From Podarcis muralis (taxonomy: Eukaryota): a DNA stretch of 64,000 nt. Position numbers and translations under genes: made by a program. Positions 58,890 through 64,000 of the stretch are shown one piece after another. The notes beneath the pieces were generated by a model that was given only the letters and a program-made list of their open reading frames with translations, had not been told where the DNA came from and made no database searches. The DNA is taken from NCBI RefSeq assembly GCF_964188315.1, contig NC_135655.1, positions 78,058,001-78,122,000 of the forward strand, read 5' to 3'. Every line of letters begins with the position of its first letter. Position 1 is the first letter of the stretch.

Positions 58890-61834
58890 CTGCACAGCAC
58901 AAACAAATAAAAATGGTTGGGCAATAGGAAAACCGTTATAAATATTTAGAATTCAACTTTAATCTTTGATCCAGTAATTTAGGAATGACCAGGTTATATT
59001 AATGATAAACCCTGAGATTTGTAACAAGGCCTCTGTGTGCTCTTGTATAATCAAGGTGCTATTGAAACACTGCCCAGTCACCACCAGGCCTCATGTATCT
59101 CAGCTTCTCCTGCACTGCACTGCACTGCACTGCACTGGGTCTTCTGGCAGTGGCATCTGCTGCGTCCACTGCAGAATGCCAACTCTGCCTGTAGTGAAAC
59201 TTCCCTGGATAGCTTTAAGGGAAGGGCCACTGCAATAGACTTCAGTTGTGCTATTGCGGCCATTGCTGAGATGATGATGATGATGATTTACATCCAACAA
59301 AATATTAAAATACAATAGTACAAAATATTAAAATACAATAGCTTCATCCCAGGGCTCTTCCAGACAGCCAGTTAATTGAGCTTTCATCCTGATACAGGTG
59401 CACAAAATCTGCATGAATGTTTTACAACACTGTTCTTTATTGAGACTTCATGCTGCTTTATTTGTGTGCAAGTTACATGCCACAATCACTTTTCTTATCA
59501 CGAAAATTCCAGGGGGGTTGGAAGCAGGTTTGCGGCACAAGAGCACCACAACCACTTTAATTGCACAATCTAAATTTGCTGGTTTACAGCTAGGGGTCAT
59601 TATATGTTGGTCTATCCAGCTCAATGTTGTCTTCATTGTCCGGCAGCAGCAGTCTGGGGTCTTGGAAAGGAACATTCCCATTTCTACCTGGTCTTCCTCC
59701 ATACAAAGCAGATGGCCTACCATTGAGCTATGGCCATTCCCCACAAAAGAGTGACAGCTTGGAAATGGCTTCTGTCTCCTATTTGCTGGTACAGGAGCCA
59801 AAGGGAGAAAGAAGAGGCTAGAGAAGCCAGCGTTGTTAAAAAAGACACATGCCAGATGCTTAAACAGTCTCGACGGCTCAAAGCAAATGGAACTGAAGAA
59901 TGGCCTGATCCAACTCACATTTTGGCATTGCTGGCATTCTGGAAACACAAGTTGTAGGAAGAATTTCAAAAGCAATGGGAAAGTGGGGTGGCGGGGGGAC
60001 GGACGGACGGGGACACTGAGTATATTGAGATTTCACAGAGAAACAACATTTCTGACCATCTGACTCCTAACACAAAACCATGTAATTGGCTTGGTGCACA
60101 TTATGAAGGATTCAAGCTGAGATGTGAAACAAATGGGGGGCAGTTTCCAGCTGGAAAGGAAAAGTACATAGTATAAATAGTGGGCAATCCAGATAATCTG
60201 TTAAAAGAAAGAACATCTTTCATCTCTCTTTCTGGTACGTGCTTTGAATTTGTTGCTTTAGCAGCTTGACTGCTGGCGTGTTATAACATCAACAGTCAGC
60301 AGCCTGGAAGGCAAACCATGGACACAGCAGGTAAAAGACATAATATTGTACTAAAGACCCTGAAAAGAAAATGTTCCCTACTCCTGTGTATCTCATTTAT
60401 TCCTGATAACTGCTGAATTCACACCAGTGTTTGGGGGGTTCTTAGGGGCCATTCCAACCTACCACAAAAAAACCAGAAAAAAACATGTCTATAACATTAT
60501 AACTAAGGACCACAGGGGCATCTTGAAACACATTAACTATGCAGGAGTAGCCAACCAGGCCTTTGGCTGATTAACATCTTATTTCCCTTTTAAATGGGTT
60601 TGTGGGAGGAGGGGTGGGGTTCATTGGTTTGTGTTTCTTGTTCTTGTTTTTATCACGTATTTTGTGTTTCTATATTGCGTTTTATGTTGTGAACCACGCT
60701 AAGATCTACAGATGAAGGGCGGTATACAAATTTAATAAATAATTATAATTATAATGCCTTCCAGATGTTGTTGGACTACAACTTCCTCCTTCCCTGACCA
60801 TTGGCCATGCTGGCTGAGGCTGATGGAGGCTGGAGCCAAAAGCATATTGGGAACACCACATTGGATACCCTGACCTAAAATTTCATGCAATTAAGTTAAT
60901 TTGTTGTCCAGCTGCATAATTTCTTTATCAAAGTAGAAAAGTGTCAGCCCCCCACATACATAAATTTAAATCTTTTTATGATCTGCAGAGACATGACTTC
61001 TTAATCCAACATGAAAGAAACACCTTCTAGGTAGAAATGTAGTGAAGGGACACTTATAGACTGAAAAGTCTTGGGAAGCCTTGTGCCAAAACAGTTCTGC
61101 CCCATCCCCACCCACAGAAGGTAGATGCTGAAGAGTACACCCATACAGCTTGTTTGCCAGATGGGAAGAATGAACTATAACCTTGAAACATAAACCCATC
61201 TATATTAGCAGGTTGCAGACAGTATCTTAAAATCCATGCATATCCAGAAAGATAAAGCAATTCCACAAATGCTACCAATGTCATTTGCAATAGGAAATAT
61301 TGTGTCCTGTCATCCCACTCAAGGTTCTGTAGCGTTTTAACACATCCAGAATACTTCGCCATGTAATGCGACATGACACCTCTTCATCTAGCTTCATAAA
61401 TCCTGAAGGGGTTGGAGATCCTAACACAGGTTTCCTCCACCAGGGCAGAAAACTGAAATAAGGAAAGCATGCTGCAAAGGGGAGCAAGCAGATTTCCTGG
61501 TGAAATCCTAGGTGCTGGCTAGTGGGCAAAAGGGTGAGGGTCAAGAGAGGATTCTTATTAAAAATATTGCCTCAGGCTTAAGGAACCCAATTCCTTCAGA
61601 AAAGGGAATTGCTTTCCAAAACAGAATCTTTCGTTCTGAAACAGCCTCACATTTTATCAAAAGTGACAGCTCACTGTGAGAACAAGGAGTGCATGAGCTC
61701 CCTCTTTTCACCACGAAAAGCAGGATTTACTACAGGGTTCCATTGGTTCAAGACTATTGTTAAAAAAAACTATTAATATTTTTATATCTCTTGCCACAAA
61801 ATTTTACCTCCTCTTCTAAGAGACATAGATATTG

Positions 61835-61835
<1 letters not shown>

Positions 61836-61876
<41 letters not shown>
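61836..61876. repeat. (TG)n microsatellite
   Basis: About 20 TG units. Confidence 0.95.
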
Positions 61877-61878
<2 letters not shown>

Positions 61879-62177
61879 ACAAAGCGGCTGATAGGATTTT
61901 TAAGGCATCACACAGGACTTCAGAAAGTGCTGGCTCCCAGAGGAATGCAGTTAGATGCAATACCAGAAGGGTGATATTCAACTAAAAAATGTGGGAGTTC
62001 AATTACTTCCACTTGTGCAACAGGACTTCTGTCCCATGCTATCCCAAAACCAGCTCCAGAGGGTTGGGGGAACCCCCAGAACAGATTTAGGAGTCACATG
62101 GGGTGGGGGGAAGTCCAACTGTGTAACAGAAGTCCTTCTGCTTGCTCAAATACAAGCCTAATATCATACATTTATTA

Positions 62178-62540
62178 AAAGGTAAAGGTAAAGGTACCCA
62201 TGCCCGTACGGGCCAGTCTTGACAGACTCTAGGGTTGTGCGCTCATCTCACTCTAGAGGCTGGGAGCCAGCGCTGTCCGAAGACACTTCCGGGTCACGTG
62301 GCCAGCATGACAAAGCTACTCTGGTGAGCCAGAGCTGCACACGGAAACGCCGTTTACCTTCCCGCTAGTAAGCAGTCCCTATTTATCTACTTGCACCCGG
62401 GGGTGCTTTCGAACTGCTAGGTTGGCAGGCGCTGGGACTGAGCAGCGGGAGCGCACCCCGCAGCAGGGATTCGAACCGCCGACCATGCGATCGGCAAGTC
62501 CTAGGCGCTGAGGTTTTACCCACAGCGCCACCCGCGTCCC
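62178..62540 (-). mobile_element. Full-length Sauria-type (tRNA-derived) SINE
   Basis: Minus strand begins GGGACGCGGGTGGCGCTGTGG (A box) with GGTTCGAATCC B box (62467-62477) and (ACCTTT)n tail; perfect 15-bp TSD ATCATACATTTATTA (62163-62177 and 62541-62555). Confidence 0.92.
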
Positions 62541-63878
62541 ATCATACATTTATTACAGTAACTAATAACACAGAGATATTAAAGTTTTAAAGCAAATGTT
62601 TCCACTTCTGGCTTCTTCAGTATACTGTACCTCCCCCCAAAGCCACTGTGTCTGGGCTTTACAGGACTGCAGTATGAAGGGAGAATTGCCCCAAAATGGG
62701 AGCCCTGTACATATGGTGCAAAATTCCTCCACCTGATTTCAGGGAATTCGCCTCTCACTGCAGTCCCTTATGGCAAAGCCCTCAATACTTGCTAGGCCTC
62801 ATCAACTTTCTGAAGGGTACAGGTGGAAGAGGGGAAGAGAAAGATTGGTTGTCCAAGCTACCTTCCCATTTGTTAGTTGCATCCCCTGATTTTTTACAAA
62901 TGGACTGCTCTGGAAACTTTGTTCTCATTACACAGTTTTCCCCCAGGTATGCATAACTCTGAATGCTGAATCCAGATCTTTACATTGCAGTCTGAAATGA
63001 AGAAATTTAAACCTGCTGCATGTAGTTTAGTACATCAACGTCAACATAAACGAGAACTTTAAAAAGTTTTAAGGGTGTTTGGCTGTGTGCAGGACTGAAT
63101 CAGGGACCTTCTGCATGCCAAGCATGTGCTCAATCGCTGAGCTATGGGGTCGATGCGATCCATGCTACAAATCAGTTGCAGTCCAAAAGCCCCCGGGCTT
63201 TTGCTAACCAGATGAATGAAGATGAGATGCCATTACTTCTTTTTCTAAACACTTTTTAAAAAACAACACCACCACCTTCTAATTTCGGCAGAACTGAATG
63301 TATATGCAATTCCTGCTTAATTTTTTTAATGCTTAAGAAATGTGCTGGCCAATTCTTGTCAACAGAAAATCAATTAAATCTAATGGTGCACCAAACAGAA
63401 CTTCAGGCACTGATGTCCCTCAAGTTCTGCTTGGTGTAGCCTTCATGAACATAGTTGATTAGGTGAGCAGATTATATGCATTCATCTCCCCTGCAGGAGC
63501 ATAGAAAGCTGCCTAATGGTCCATCTAGCACAGTATTATTTAGAGAGGCATGGTGTCTTCCAGATGTTGTTAGACTCCAACTCTCATCAGCCCTGACCAC
63601 TGGCCTTGCTGTTTGGGTCTGATGGGAGTTGCAGCCTGACATCTGGATGGCAGCTGATCAAGACTCTGCACTGACCAGCAACTTCTCTCCAGTGTTTGAG
63701 GCCTGGGTCTTTTGCAGCCCTTCCCAGAAATGCCAGGGATTGAATCTGGGGCCTCTTAACACACAGCATATGGGCTCTGCCCATGAGATCTGGCCTTTTC
63801 TATCAGGGGCATCTTCAGCCCTTCAATAAAACGGATTCTAAGAAGAACTGGGAGAAGTTGACCTTAAAATAACGTTAC

Positions 63879-64000
63879 CTATTGCATCCGGAATAAAAAA
63901 GTTATAACCAAGAAGACTGTAATGAAGCACCGATGGAATAATCCCTTTCAAGCCAGCGTAGCTCCAGTCGGACTGGCGGGGGTTCATTTGGAGAAAGAGC
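63879..64000 (-). CDS. GH31-family protein (MYORG/SITS-binding-protein-like), internal exon truncated by the window edge
   Basis: LFLQMNPRQSDWSYAGLKGIIPSVLHYSLLGYNFFIPDAI(G); GTaacg donor (63878-63877), phase 1. Confidence 0.88.

Noticed and set aside
59448-59975. 175-aa minus-strand ORF in a GH31 intron
   Set aside because: No recognisable domain, non-ATG start, and the flanking GH31 exons join in frame without it.
62460-62540. tRNA-like A/B boxes as a tRNA gene (also 28970-29125 and similar)
   Set aside because: They are SINE heads followed by a SINE body and tail; the 62.2-62.5 kb copy also has a TSD; no complete cloverleaf was evident.

Overview
Eukaryotic (squamate, probably lacertid lizard, inferred from a Sauria-type SINE) genomic DNA. 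The minus strand carries the 5' part of CPT1A: CpG-island promoter at about 25.7-26.8 kb, candidate non-coding exon 1, and coding exons 2-6 (231 codons, running off the left edge). It also carries the last four exons of an intron-containing GH31 glycosidase-family gene (MYORG/SITS-binding-protein-like, running off the right edge), whose catalytic acid/base Asp appears to be replaced by Pro. CPT1A intron 3 holds an intact, apparently very young Ty3/Gypsy chromovirus (Sushi/Tf1 group, 6684-12329) with 641-bp LTRs that read as identical. This element has a single 1551-aa gag-pol ORF that runs through almost all of the 3' LTR U3, adding an acidic tail with an HMGN-like RRSARL motif, and it has a self-priming (tRNA-independent) primer-binding site. 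Between the genes lies a 5'-truncated L1 split by a TA-flanked Tc1/mariner-type MITE that carries GC-rich cargo and a 67-bp minisatellite with higher-order structure. Numerous MITEs, SINEs, LINE fragments and microsatellites fill the rest. All calls were made by eye; no database search was run.
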